A stretch of DNA of 64,000 nt, taken from positions 203,418 through 267,417 of the forward strand of contig CAYWDM010000002.1 of the NCBI GenBank assembly GCA_964457085.1, written 5' to 3'. Of this stretch, positions 20,747-29,848 are shown one piece after another; the first letter of the stretch is position 1; every line of letters begins with the position of its first letter. Source of the stretch: an uncultured Pseudomonadales bacterium (lineage in GTDB: Bacteria > Patescibacteriota > Microgenomatia > UBA1400 > PJMF01). The notes under the pieces were generated by a model. It searched no databases. It was not told the origin of the DNA and saw only the letters and a list, made by a program, of their open reading frames with translations. The translations under genes were made by a program, and so were the position numbers.

Positions 20747-21166
20747 ATGCAGCACAAAACCTTCATGCAGCGTACAGAGGATGTTAAGAGAGATTGGCAT
20801 ATTGTTGATGCCACCGATCGAGTTCTTGGTGACGTTGCTTCAGAAATTGCACTTAAGTTAATGGGTAAGGCTAAACCAACCTTTACTCCACATACTGATG
20901 GTGGCGACTTTGTAGTAGTGATTAATGCCGTTAAGGTAGTAGTTACTCGCAACAAGGCAAATACTAAGATTTATTCATGGCACTCTGGTTTTCCAGGTGG
21001 CTTAAAGCAAAAAACATTTGCTGAATTAATTACTTCCGATCCAGGATATGTGTTTGCTCACGCTGTGAGTGGCATGTTACCAAAAAATAAGCTTCGCGAT
21101 GTGCGATTGGCACGTCTCAAGGTCTATCCAGACACTGAGCATCCACATCAAGGTCAAGTCAAGTAA
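20747..21166 (+). CDS. rplM: 50S ribosomal protein L13
   Basis: WHIVDATDRVLG...HTDGGDFVVVINA matches L13. Confidence 0.95.
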   Translation: MQHKTFMQRTEDVKRDWHIVDATDRVLGDVASEIALKLMGKAKPTFTPHTDGGDFVVVINAVKVVVTRNKANTKIYSWHSGFPGGLKQKTFAELITSDPGYVFAHAVSGMLPKNKLRDVRLARLKVYPDTEHPHQGQVK

Positions 21167-21181
21167 GAGGAATCAATCGAT

Positions 21182-21697
21182 ATGGCAATTAAAATGTCCA
21201 AAAAAACCACAAAGGTGCAGCGAGTAGTCAAGAAAGCTACCCCTGTAACTGCTGCTGGTCACTCAAAAGCTGCTGTCACTTTGGCCAACTTTAAGATTCC
21301 TAAGAAAGAATATATTGGAGCTGTAGGTCGACGCAAAACTGCTATTTGTCGTGTTCGTATTTACGAAGGACAAGGTGATTTTGTGGTCAACAATATGGTT
21401 GTTGGTGAGTACTTCACTACAGTCCGTAATGCAGTTGCCAAATACAATCTACCATTTGAGCTAACTGGTACTAAGGGAAAGTTTGCAGTCACCGCTAAGG
21501 TAAGTGGTTCAGGTACCGCAGCTCAGCTTGGTGCGTTAACACATGGATTATCAAGAGCTTTAGTGAAGTATAACGGCGAATTCCGTACTTTCCTTAAAGC
21601 AGCAGGATTGTTAACTCGTGATGACCGCATGAAAGAAACTCGTAAAATTGGTATGGGTGGTAAGGCCCGCCGTAAGCGACAATCGCCAAAGCGTTAA
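21182..21697 (+). CDS. rpsI: 30S ribosomal protein S9
   Basis: GRRKTAICRVRI...C-terminal GGKARRKRQSPKR matches S9. Confidence 0.95.
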   Translation: MAIKMSKKTTKVQRVVKKATPVTAAGHSKAAVTLANFKIPKKEYIGAVGRRKTAICRVRIYEGQGDFVVNNMVVGEYFTTVRNAVAKYNLPFELTGTKGKFAVTAKVSGSGTAAQLGALTHGLSRALVKYNGEFRTFLKAAGLLTRDDRMKETRKIGMGGKARRKRQSPKR

Positions 21698-21720
21698 TCA
21701 GCTTTTGTTATATTGTAATC

Positions 21721-21746
21721 AAATCCCAGCTTCGGCTGGGATTTTT
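21721..21746 (+). terminator. rho-independent terminator after rpsI
   Basis: aaatcccagc-ttcg-gctgggattttt. Confidence 0.75.
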
Positions 21747-21810
21747 GGTTTGTGTTAATTCTAGTAAATTTGAGTTGAACTAGTTGACCCCTGTGAGGTG
21801 ATCGACCACA

Positions 21811-23277
21811 ATGTATCAGATGCGTGGTTTTATAAAACAAAATATACATAGATTTAAAACAGCTGCGAAAAAGTATCGTGAGTTTTTAATTGGGTTGTTT
21901 TATTTAGTTGTGGTTGCGATCGTGATGTGGCCACAGTTTTTACAAAAAAATCCAGCACTCATAGATGATGGAACTGACTTGCTACAAGTGAGGCAATTGA
22001 GTTATGGACAGTTATTCCAGATCGATTTGTTGGAGCAACAGCGTACTTGGCCTCTGAGACTACAAGTTCGTAAGGTTATGTATGATCTATTCGGAAGTAA
22101 AATAGGTTTGCACTTTTTGGTTTGGGCTGGCATTCTTTGGTCGGTGATTTGGCTCTTTCGTCAAGTTTGCAAAAAGAATGCAGTGCCAGACATAGTAGCT
22201 GTCACTGTTCCTTTGCTGCTGTTGGCTGAACCGAGTATTTACGGCAATTTTTATCGCTTAGGTACTGCTGAGCCGCTGCAAACAGCACTCCTTTTTTTAG
22301 GAATCTTTTTTCTAATGAGCGAGAAAATTACGATTGCTACAGTTTTTTTTGTGGCTAATTTATTTGTAAAAGAAACCTCGATTTTTTACCTATTACCATT
22401 TCTGACTTATTTACTGATTAGCAAAAAAAAATGGCATTTTGTTGTTAGTTTATTATTTTTTTTGGAATTTGCTGCACTATTGGTTTTTAAGCACGAGTTT
22501 GTTTCTGGATACTATACAGCGAGAACATATTTCTCAATGGAGTATCTTGCTAGAGCAATGCATTGGCAAACATGGACTTTCGGCTTATTGCTGATAGTTA
22601 CTACGTTGCTGTTTTTTAGCAATCACTTTAATGTAAAAAGATTTTTCTTGTTATTTTTATACTTGAGTACATTTGCACCTTTTTTTATCTGGAATATGGG
22701 GATACAGGAATATTATCAATTACCAAACCATAGTATTGGAATGGTAATTGTCATCATTCTACTCGCCGACTTTTTGAGAGATGAATTTAAAAAACAGCAT
22801 TTATTACTATTATTATTTATTTTTATGTTCTACGGGTACTATTTAACAAAAGTGTTGATTCCAAACACACTGCTTACAATTAAGTACTGGCAAAGGGAGT
22901 ATGAGATTGGTGGAAATTTAGTTGGATACCTCTTGATTACCGATTTGTCAGAAAAATCAGTTTACAATGCAGTGCGTGATTTTGAGCGTCATGACAAGAT
23001 CTTGTTATTTGTTAATGGGTGGAGAAACAATAAAGCATATATTGTTCCAAGCGGTGATAAATGGACTGCAGCTCAGAGTGATGACTTTATTCGTCAGCAG
23101 TTAGTGGATGAGGCAATAAGTGAATTTTCAAAAAGCACTACTCAGGATAAAATTTTAATCACTGATCAGCCGATTTTCGATTTGGAAAGTACAACAGAGA
23201 GAGTTGCCTTTTGTGGTGATTTTATGAGTAATTTCCAAAGTTGTTGGTATTATGTGTATCTACCAAAATCGAAGTAA
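21811..23277 (+). CDS. polytopic membrane protein, possible GT-C family glycosyltransferase
   Basis: 488 aa with at least 10 predicted TM helices and a DDGTD loop after the first TM. No catalytic motif could be confirmed by eye. Confidence 0.4.
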   Translation: MYQMRGFIKQNIHRFKTAAKKYREFLIGLFYLVVVAIVMWPQFLQKNPALIDDGTDLLQVRQLSYGQLFQIDLLEQQRTWPLRLQVRKVMYDLFGSKIGLHFLVWAGILWSVIWLFRQVCKKNAVPDIVAVTVPLLLLAEPSIYGNFYRLGTAEPLQTALLFLGIFFLMSEKITIATVFFVANLFVKETSIFYLLPFLTYLLISKKKWHFVVSLLFFLEFAALLVFKHEFVSGYYTARTYFSMEYLARAMHWQTWTFGLLLIVTTLLFFSNHFNVKRFFLLFLYLSTFAPFFIWNMGIQEYYQLPNHSIGMVIVIILLADFLRDEFKKQHLLLLLFIFMFYGYYLTKVLIPNTLLTIKYWQREYEIGGNLVGYLLITDLSEKSVYNAVRDFERHDKILLFVNGWRNNKAYIVPSGDKWTAAQSDDFIRQQLVDEAISEFSKSTTQDKILITDQPIFDLESTTERVAFCGDFMSNFQSCWYYVYLPKSK

Positions 23278-23302
23278 TTTTTAGGATTTACGTCTGAGTA
23301 CA

Positions 23303-23328
23303 AAAAACCCGGTTTTGACCGGGTTTTC
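23303..23328. terminator. bidirectional terminator between convergent genes
   Basis: aaaaaacccggt-tttga-ccgggtttt has A and T runs on both sides. Confidence 0.7.
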
Positions 23329-23348
23329 AAATTCTAACTTTACAACTA

Positions 23349-23624
23349 TTACCAGACTAAGCGTTTGAGTGGCTTTCCAACGCGGAAGTTTACTACACGG
23401 TGGCCCTTAACGACCTGACGTTTGTCTTTAGCTCCAAATGGCTCAACATGCTTGTCTTTTACTTTTCCAACATAAAACGTGCCAAAACTACTGATGACGA
23501 CTTTGTCACCTTTTTTCAAAGCACGACTCACCTCATCAAACATTGCCTCGACAGCGTCGTTGGAAGCTTTCTTGGTCAAATGAGCTTTTTTTGCTACAAC
23601 ATTGATCAATTGGGATTTTGTCAT
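23349..23624 (-). CDS. hup: DNA-binding protein HU
   Basis: MTKSQLINVVAKKAHLTKKASNDAVEAMFDEV...FGTFYV...PFGAKDKRQ is the HU/IHF fold. Confidence 0.9.
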   Translation of the reverse strand: MTKSQLINVVAKKAHLTKKASNDAVEAMFDEVSRALKKGDKVVISSFGTFYVGKVKDKHVEPFGAKDKRQVVKGHRVVNFRVGKPLKRLVW

Positions 23625-23786
23625 AATACTCCTTTACTAGTTATAAATTGTTACTTTAAGAATTAGATAACAAAGTGAGCTTTTAGTGTAATAGTTTGAT
23701 CTAACAAGTCAATGGGTAATCAATGCAGCAAATGCAGCCTTCTATAGCGATAATTAACTGTTTTGACTATTAGAAAATGTTTGAGT

Positions 23787-24167
23787 TCAGATTACTTTAA
23801 ATTTCCAAAACATCGCGATGCTGGCACCCAAAAAATCATAACCAATATCACGTAGTGTTGCGGTTCTGCCAAGAACAAGTGATTGATGGAACTCATCTGT
23901 AAGTGCATACGCCACAGACAACACTAACGGTAGATAATAAATAGTATGTGCGTGATTATGGTGATTAAGTGTCAACGCTAAACCTCTGAAAATCCAAAAA
24001 TACAGACCAGCATACACAAATATATGTGCACATTTTTTAAACACAAAATTGAAAAATACGTCATTTGGTCCTGGCAGTGCTTTTTGTGAGCTGAACACGT
24101 AAATCATTACCGCCCAGATAATTACTGGAGTGTATGCGATAAAGTATTTCTTGAAATACATGCTCAT
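23787..24167 (-). CDS. VanZ-like family membrane protein
   Basis: Four TM segments and a C-terminal DEFHQSLVLGRTATLRDIGYDFLGA pattern typical of the VanZ family. Confidence 0.5.
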   Translation of the reverse strand: MSMYFKKYFIAYTPVIIWAVMIYVFSSQKALPGPNDVFFNFVFKKCAHIFVYAGLYFWIFRGLALTLNHHNHAHTIYYLPLVLSVAYALTDEFHQSLVLGRTATLRDIGYDFLGASIAMFWKFKVI

Positions 24168-24187
24168 ATGTAAACCCTAAACCACAT

Positions 24188-25105
24188 TCAGAATAACAAC
24201 TGCTGGGATTTCCAATAGTGCCAAACAATCCAGCCATAATAACTGGCTATTATTAAGCCACCAATTATAACATTTACTGGTGCCCATGGATTCTGTTTTT
24301 TTGAAAAAAAGACTAGTTTTGATCTGGAAAAATATAGTTTATTTGTTGAAGCTGTAGCAACAGCTTGAGTTTGAAGTTGTTGCCTATTCGTTTCGGCTGA
24401 GGGTGAGGCTCTTTTCCCTAGATTAGGAGTTGGTTGCGTTTTAATGATTAGATTGATTCTGTTTGCTAGGTTAGTGGTTGTTTCCGAAACTACGGTTTCA
24501 TTTTTATTGATGAACTGACTGAATTCACTTTGTAAGGATGCAGTCGGAGTCGGTGGCTGTGTGTGGTTTTTTGTTGGTGTGGGTTGTTTCAGGGTAGTGA
24601 CTGTGGCACTAAGTTTTGGGGTTGGTGAAGAAAAAATAGTGGTGGGTTGCGACTGATTTTCTGTCTGTGTTGGGGTATTTAGGTTGGTTGGCGTGGGTGT
24701 AGTTTGTATTGTGATGGTTGGGCTTGCGACTGGTGGGATTATGAAAAAATTAGGACTGGGAGTTTGCCATTCGTAGATGTTCTCTCCAACTAGGGTATAG
24801 CCCAGATCAGTTTTTGCATTTGTATACACAATAGAGCTAATTGGTTCACCAATTTCATTGTAGAGAATTACTCCATCACCAGAGTCATTTAATTTCTTAG
24901 TGACTTCTACCAAAACAGTGCTGTTTGGTGCAAGACTAAAATCACCAAAAGTGTAGAGCAAGCTGGGTTGACTCAACTGATCCCAAAGGGTCCAGCTTTC
25001 TAAACTAAAGCTGGTGACAGCTGGGTTATATAGTTCGATCCATTCAAGGCCATCACTTGGCTTGGGAAAAATCTCGGTAATATATGGCAGTACTGTGGTT
25101 AACAC
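24188..25105 (-). CDS. cell-surface protein with lamin-tail-like domain, Thr/Pro-rich linker and C-terminal TM anchor
   Basis: The N-terminal ITEIFPKPSDGLEWIELYNP resembles an LTD domain. A long PT-rich low-complexity linker and a C-terminal hydrophobic helix follow. Confidence 0.5.
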   Translation of the reverse strand: MLTTVLPYITEIFPKPSDGLEWIELYNPAVTSFSLESWTLWDQLSQPSLLYTFGDFSLAPNSTVLVEVTKKLNDSGDGVILYNEIGEPISSIVYTNAKTDLGYTLVGENIYEWQTPSPNFFIIPPVASPTITIQTTPTPTNLNTPTQTENQSQPTTIFSSPTPKLSATVTTLKQPTPTKNHTQPPTPTASLQSEFSQFINKNETVVSETTTNLANRINLIIKTQPTPNLGKRASPSAETNRQQLQTQAVATASTNKLYFSRSKLVFFSKKQNPWAPVNVIIGGLIIASYYGWIVWHYWKSQQLLF

Positions 25106-25250
25106 GATAACAGTATGTTGCTGTTATCTGACACGACACTGTTAATCAAATTAGTTGGGCTCACCTGATTATCAAGTGGCTTTAATTGACCAATAATTTA
25201 TCTTGGTCAAGAGTACCAGTCATGATATACTGGCAACGTTTTAAGGCACT

Positions 25251-25337
25251 GGAAGCGTCGCATAGTGGCCTAGTGCAGCGGGTTGCTAACCCGCGGTATC
25301 GAAAGATGCCTCGTGGGTTCGAATCCCTCCGCTTCCG
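25251..25337 (+). tRNA. tRNA-Ser (anticodon GCU), class II with long variable arm; CCA not encoded
   Basis: Hand-folded: acceptor GGAAGCG/CGCTTCC, 3-bp D stem, anticodon stem GCGGG/CCCGC with loop TTGCTAA, an 18-nt variable arm, and T arm GTGGG-TTCGAAT-CCCTC (one U-U mismatch). Confidence 0.7.
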
Positions 25338-25470
25338 CACCGTTTTTCAATCCTGCGAAGCAGGTATTGGAAGACGGTATGAATTGGATGAGAAAGCAAG
25401 GTACCTCGCCAAGCGAGTACTTTGATATAAGTCATAATCGAGCCTGGAAAGGTAAATCCCTCCGCTTCCG

Positions 25471-25509
25471 CTGTATATCTAAACTGCCGTTGGCAGCTTA
25501 GATATACAG
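25471..25509. repeat. near-perfect 18-bp-stem palindrome
   Basis: ctgtatatctaaactgcc-gtt-ggcagcttagatatacag has a single mismatch. Confidence 0.6.
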
Positions 25510-25529
25510 TTGAGTTAGCTAAGTAATTC

Positions 25530-25605
25530 TTTGATCCTGCCGGCAAGAGCAGAGCTCCTGCCTAATGCCGCGAAGCGGCCTCCGCTTCCGCACTCAATTT
25601 TTTTG
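25530..25605 (+). other. element A: conserved tRNA-adjacent RNA-like motif plus terminator
   Basis: CCTGCCGGCAAG...CTGCCTAATGCC-GCGAAGCGG-CCTCCGCTTCCGCAC (the last 15 nt match the tRNA 3' end), followed by a T-run. It is related to elements B and C at 56057 and 56607. Confidence 0.5.
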
Positions 25606-25742
25606 TCAAAACATTCCAATTTTGTGTATTTAGACTGTATTTGTTGTGGTTGGTAAACAAAAATACTTGCTTGTAAAACAATGGTACCTTTGTCTGACCA
25701 GATGTTTGACAGACGAACAGAATATGCCCACAATGGGTGTAG

Positions 25743-27044
25743 ATGGAAAAGGCTCGCACAGAAAAGAAATGGTCTTTAGTGGCCAAAATTGTGTTGTCAG
25801 TTACGCTAATTATTTTGGTCTTTGGTGCTGTCGCTGTTTCACTAGTTTCAAAATTGGTCTATGGACAACTGCTGCAACAAAAACAGGAGCAGTTGTCAAA
25901 CTTGACACTCGAGCAAGCACATGAGTCTGAGATCGTACTGTCAAAGACACATGCCATTATTGGACAAATTGCTAAAAATCGAGAGCTAATTGCTTACCTA
26001 ATAAAAAAAGCTCCTGAAGTTCAGAATGGTGAGATCGTGGAATTACTAAATGAATTCAACATTGGCAATTCATTTTCAGCACTATATTTAATTGCAGTGG
26101 ATGGAACGACCATGGTTTCAACTGATCAGAAACTTGTGGGTCAAAATTATGGTTTTCGAGAATATTTCACTCAGGCGATGGAAGGAGAGCCAGGGTTTGA
26201 TGTGGCTGTTGGAGTTACCACAGGTGAATTGGAGTATTACTTGGCGATGCCGGTAGTGTTAAATGATCATGTATTGGCAGTCGTTGCTGGAAAGATGCGA
26301 CCGACTGTTCTGTTGGCGGAAATTAGGCAGAACGATGCAGAAGCATTAATAGAAAGCAGGCCAAAAAAATATTTGGTGGATAAATATGGTGTGGTGATTT
26401 TTACCAGTGAACAAAAAAAACTATTTAGTAGTTTAGGAGAGTTGCCAGTGAATCTACTTGATGAGACTACTAAACGACAGCGGTATGGCAACTCAACAAT
26501 TTCAGCACTAGATTATCAAGTTGAACTAGATGCAGTATTAAGTGGAACAACGCGAAACCAGAGAAAATTCGATGATGTGAAAGATGGCGAGTTTGAGATC
26601 CTGACGCTAGCCAAAGTTAATAATTATCCTATATATGCGTTTTCTGAGATGGATGTGGACAAGACGCTTGCTGCAGTTAAAGCTGTTGTGCTAATGATTA
26701 GCTCAGTTGTGATTGTGGGAGTATTCGTAACTGCATTGATCGTTGCGGGACTCATTGCTGCTTGGCTGAAACCATTGGCAAATATGCGTCAGCTAGCAAC
26801 TAAAATAGCTGAGGGAGATTTTGATAGTAGAATCACTGATTTGTCAGATGACGAGCTTGGTGATTTGGCCAGATCATTTAATAGAATGACCGACTCTTTG
26901 GTCAAAGCCAAGAAGAATGTTGAGCAGCAAGTAGACATTCGTACCTCAGAACTATCAAAACTGAATCAGTTTATGGTAGGTCGAGAATTAAAAATGGTTG
27001 AATTAAAAAAACAATTGAGGGAAGTTGAAGATGAGAAAAACTGA
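25743..27044 (+). CDS. membrane sensor protein with extracellular Cache-like domain and HAMP domain, no kinase core
   Basis: N-terminal TM, an extracellular region of about 280 aa, a second TM, then HAMP (LANMRQLATKIAEGDFDSRITDLSDDELGDLARSFNRM) and a coiled coil. There is no H-box or ATPase. Confidence 0.65.
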   Translation: MEKARTEKKWSLVAKIVLSVTLIILVFGAVAVSLVSKLVYGQLLQQKQEQLSNLTLEQAHESEIVLSKTHAIIGQIAKNRELIAYLIKKAPEVQNGEIVELLNEFNIGNSFSALYLIAVDGTTMVSTDQKLVGQNYGFREYFTQAMEGEPGFDVAVGVTTGELEYYLAMPVVLNDHVLAVVAGKMRPTVLLAEIRQNDAEALIESRPKKYLVDKYGVVIFTSEQKKLFSSLGELPVNLLDETTKRQRYGNSTISALDYQVELDAVLSGTTRNQRKFDDVKDGEFEILTLAKVNNYPIYAFSEMDVDKTLAAVKAVVLMISSVVIVGVFVTALIVAGLIAAWLKPLANMRQLATKIAEGDFDSRITDLSDDELGDLARSFNRMTDSLVKAKKNVEQQVDIRTSELSKLNQFMVGRELKMVELKKQLREVEDEKN

Positions 27045-29250
27045 AACTGCCATCAAATGGGGTCTGGGAGTTGCACTATTTACACTATTGGTGGGTTATC
27101 TTAATTTACTCGCGTATCAACGAATCAAAGCCGATATTTTGCAGGATTGGGAGTTATTCGCTCAAAATATTGTAAACGGTTTAAATCCAGTAAGCATCGG
27201 TGGCCTGCAAGCGAGTAGCGAGGACTTGGGGTCAGCTGATTATCTGTATATCCAAGATCAGTTGCATAAAATGATGACGGTTGGAGTCATAAAAAATGTG
27301 CGTTGGTTGTACTTGATGAAAGTAGTAAATGGTGATCAAGTAAAATTTACTATAGATTCTGTTCCAGAAAATGATTCCAATCATGCAGTTCCTGGTGAGG
27401 ATTATCTTGATTATCCACAAGCAATTTTAGATGCTCAAGCAACAAAAAAGCGACAATTAGTCGAAAATTATGTTGATGAGTGGGGTAATTTTCTGTCGGT
27501 TTTTGTTCCAGTTATGGATTCAAACAATGAGGTGGTGGGTGTCTTAGGTTTGGATGTTGATGGATCAGCATATCTCGCGGATATTCGTCAAAAAATGATG
27601 TGGCCATTGTTGGTGACAGTGATTGTAGCTGGTCTTTTGATGCTGCTGGCTATTGAATTAAACAGCCAAAAGACCTTACGAGAAAATGCAGCACTCTTCC
27701 ATGCATTGTCTGAAGGGGTGTTGGACGCAATCGTGGCGGTTGATGGTTCGGGACACATAGCATTGTGGAATAAGGCTGCGGAGAAAATGTTTGGCTGGAG
27801 TGATGAAGCGGCAATTGGCCAGCAATTATTCGAACTAATTGCTTCAAAGGATGCCGACAAGGCTATTTGGGAAGAATTGAAGCATTTTTCTCAAGTTAAT
27901 CACGGTATGTTGACGGGCAAAGTTGTGGAGTTAGAGGTTAAACGTAAAAATAAGGATTTGTTTAATGTACAAATCTCTGCATCTACAGTTCAGCTCTGGG
28001 GTACGTGGCATGTAATTGGGATTGTGCACGACATAACGATGAAGGTACAAGAAAATAAAGAACTGCTTTCTAAGAGTCTGGAAATTGAGGATCAACGAAA
28101 AGCAATATTAAATGTGTTGGAAGATGTGAATGAAGAGAAGGATAAAGTAAAGAAACATGCCGAAGAACTCAAAAAGTTCGAGGCTGCTGTACATCTATCA
28201 AATGAAATGATGGTGTTCGTTGATTCGGAGGGAATAGTACTGTGGGGTAATCCAGCAGTTAAAAAAGTTACTGGTTTTACTGCTGCTGAAGCAAGAGGTA
28301 AAAAGGCTGGAGTCTTGTGGGGTAATTTGATGAATGACGAGTGGTATGCACACTTGTGGCATAGAATTAAGGTGGAGAAGAAGATTTTTATTGATACGAT
28401 CACTAACCATCGTAAGAGTGGTGAAAAATTTGTTTCATTACTAACTATTTATCCACTGCTTGATGATCAGGGCGATGTGAAGATTTTTGTGGCTACCCAG
28501 CGTGATGTGACCAGAGAAAAAGAAATTGATCGGATGAAGACTGATTTTATTTCGTTGGCCTCACATCAGTTAAGAACTCCATTGTCGGCAATGAAATGGT
28601 TTTTGGAAATGTTACTTGCGGGTGACATGGGAAAATTGAGTAAAGAACAAAAAGAGGCGGTAACAAATGTGGAAACCTCTAATGAAAGAATGATTTCTTT
28701 GGTAAACGGTTTACTCAACATCTCTCGTATTGAATCTGGTCGAATCATTATTGAACCAGAACCGACTAACATAGCGACTCTGGCAAAATCTATAATAACC
28801 GAATTAACGCCAAAGTTTAAACAAAAACAGCAAACAATACTAATAAGTGCCAGCAGTCGTTTGCCAGAAATCAATCTCGATCCTAGGTTAATACGTCAAG
28901 TATTTATGAATTTGCTTACCAATGCAAATAAATACACTCCTAAAAAAGGTGAGATTACGATATTTATTTCAAAGAAAAATGATGAGGTGGTGGTACAAGT
29001 ATCTGATGATGGCTATGGCATACCAGAGGATGAACAGAACAAGATATTTATGCGGTTTTTCCGTGCTTCTAATGCAGTCAAGCAAGAAACAGATGGCAAT
29101 GGTTTAGGACTTTTCTTGGTCAAGGCAGTTGTGGAGTCATCTGGTGGAAAAATTTGGTTTAAGAGTAAAATAGATTCAGGCACCAGTTTTTGGTTTACTT
29201 TGCCAGTAAAAGGTGTTAAAGCTAAGAAGGGTGAAGTACGATTAAGTTAA
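27025..29250 (+). CDS. sensor histidine kinase with PAS domains
   Basis: Two TM segments flank a periplasmic domain, followed by PAS repeats, H-box SLASHQLRTPL, an N box, and G1 DDGYGIPED / G2 GNGLGLFLVK. Confidence 0.85.
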   Translation: MKMRKTETAIKWGLGVALFTLLVGYLNLLAYQRIKADILQDWELFAQNIVNGLNPVSIGGLQASSEDLGSADYLYIQDQLHKMMTVGVIKNVRWLYLMKVVNGDQVKFTIDSVPENDSNHAVPGEDYLDYPQAILDAQATKKRQLVENYVDEWGNFLSVFVPVMDSNNEVVGVLGLDVDGSAYLADIRQKMMWPLLVTVIVAGLLMLLAIELNSQKTLRENAALFHALSEGVLDAIVAVDGSGHIALWNKAAEKMFGWSDEAAIGQQLFELIASKDADKAIWEELKHFSQVNHGMLTGKVVELEVKRKNKDLFNVQISASTVQLWGTWHVIGIVHDITMKVQENKELLSKSLEIEDQRKAILNVLEDVNEEKDKVKKHAEELKKFEAAVHLSNEMMVFVDSEGIVLWGNPAVKKVTGFTAAEARGKKAGVLWGNLMNDEWYAHLWHRIKVEKKIFIDTITNHRKSGEKFVSLLTIYPLLDDQGDVKIFVATQRDVTREKEIDRMKTDFISLASHQLRTPLSAMKWFLEMLLAGDMGKLSKEQKEAVTNVETSNERMISLVNGLLNISRIESGRIIIEPEPTNIATLAKSIITELTPKFKQKQQTILISASSRLPEINLDPRLIRQVFMNLLTNANKYTPKKGEITIFISKKNDEVVVQVSDDGYGIPEDEQNKIFMRFFRASNAVKQETDGNGLGLFLVKAVVESSGGKIWFKSKIDSGTSFWFTLPVKGVKAKKGEVRLS

Positions 29251-29274
29251 GGTTGAATAAAATAAAGGTTTTTT

Positions 29275-29679
29275 ATGAGTGATACAAGAAAGTACACTGT
29301 GTTGGTTTTAGAGGATGAGCCGCTATTACTGAGGGCGATTACACTCAAGCTTAAAAAGCTGGATATTGACTCATTGTCCTGTACTACTGGCAAGCAGGCA
29401 TTGGGCTATTTGGAAGATTTGACTGGTACGGATGATTTACCAGATGCGATCTGGCTCGACTATTATCTTACTGATATGAATGGCTTGGAGTTTATTCAAG
29501 AACTGAAGATACATGAAGGTTGGCAGAATATTCCTGTAGTAGTGGTATCAAATTCCGCTAGCGATGAGAAAGCAAAAAACATGTTGGCACTTGGAGTTAA
29601 AAAGTATATTTTAAAGGCCGATTATCGTTTAGAAGAGATTGTCGATATCCTGAAAACAGTGGTTAAGGATAATATATGA
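29275..29679 (+). CDS. single-domain response regulator (CheY-like receiver)
   Basis: LVLEDEP, phospho-acceptor D in IWLDYYLTDMNG, VVVVSNS and a conserved K in KKYILKA. Confidence 0.8.
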   Translation: MSDTRKYTVLVLEDEPLLLRAITLKLKKLDIDSLSCTTGKQALGYLEDLTGTDDLPDAIWLDYYLTDMNGLEFIQELKIHEGWQNIPVVVVSNSASDEKAKNMLALGVKKYILKADYRLEEIVDILKTVVKDNI

Positions 29680-29758
29680 GGAAATTTCTAGTAGTGGAGG
29701 ATGACCCCTAGCTAATACATATCCCGTTAATTTGTTTTTATAATGAAATGTGATTCTT

Positions 29759-29790
29759 CCCGGGTGTATTCAATACACCCGGGTTTTTTT
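29759..29790 (+). terminator. rho-independent terminator after response regulator
   Basis: cccgggtgtat-tcaa-tacacccggg is followed by ttttttt. Confidence 0.75.
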
Positions 29791-29848
29791 ATTCAGGCTT
29801 TTTAGGTAGTGTAGATCTATCTCAAGAACTGTTATATTTCTGTAGCAT

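Noticed and set aside
20410-20955. 181-aa minus-strand ORF
   Set aside because: Antisense to rplQ/rplM, which are unambiguous ribosomal proteins.
25251-25605. tmRNA, RNase P or intron-containing tRNA as an explanation of the tRNA-adjacent elements
   Set aside because: No tmRNA tag reading frame or resume codon, no RNase P CR-I/CR-V consensus, and the tRNAs fold without introns. The copies begin after a complete tRNA.
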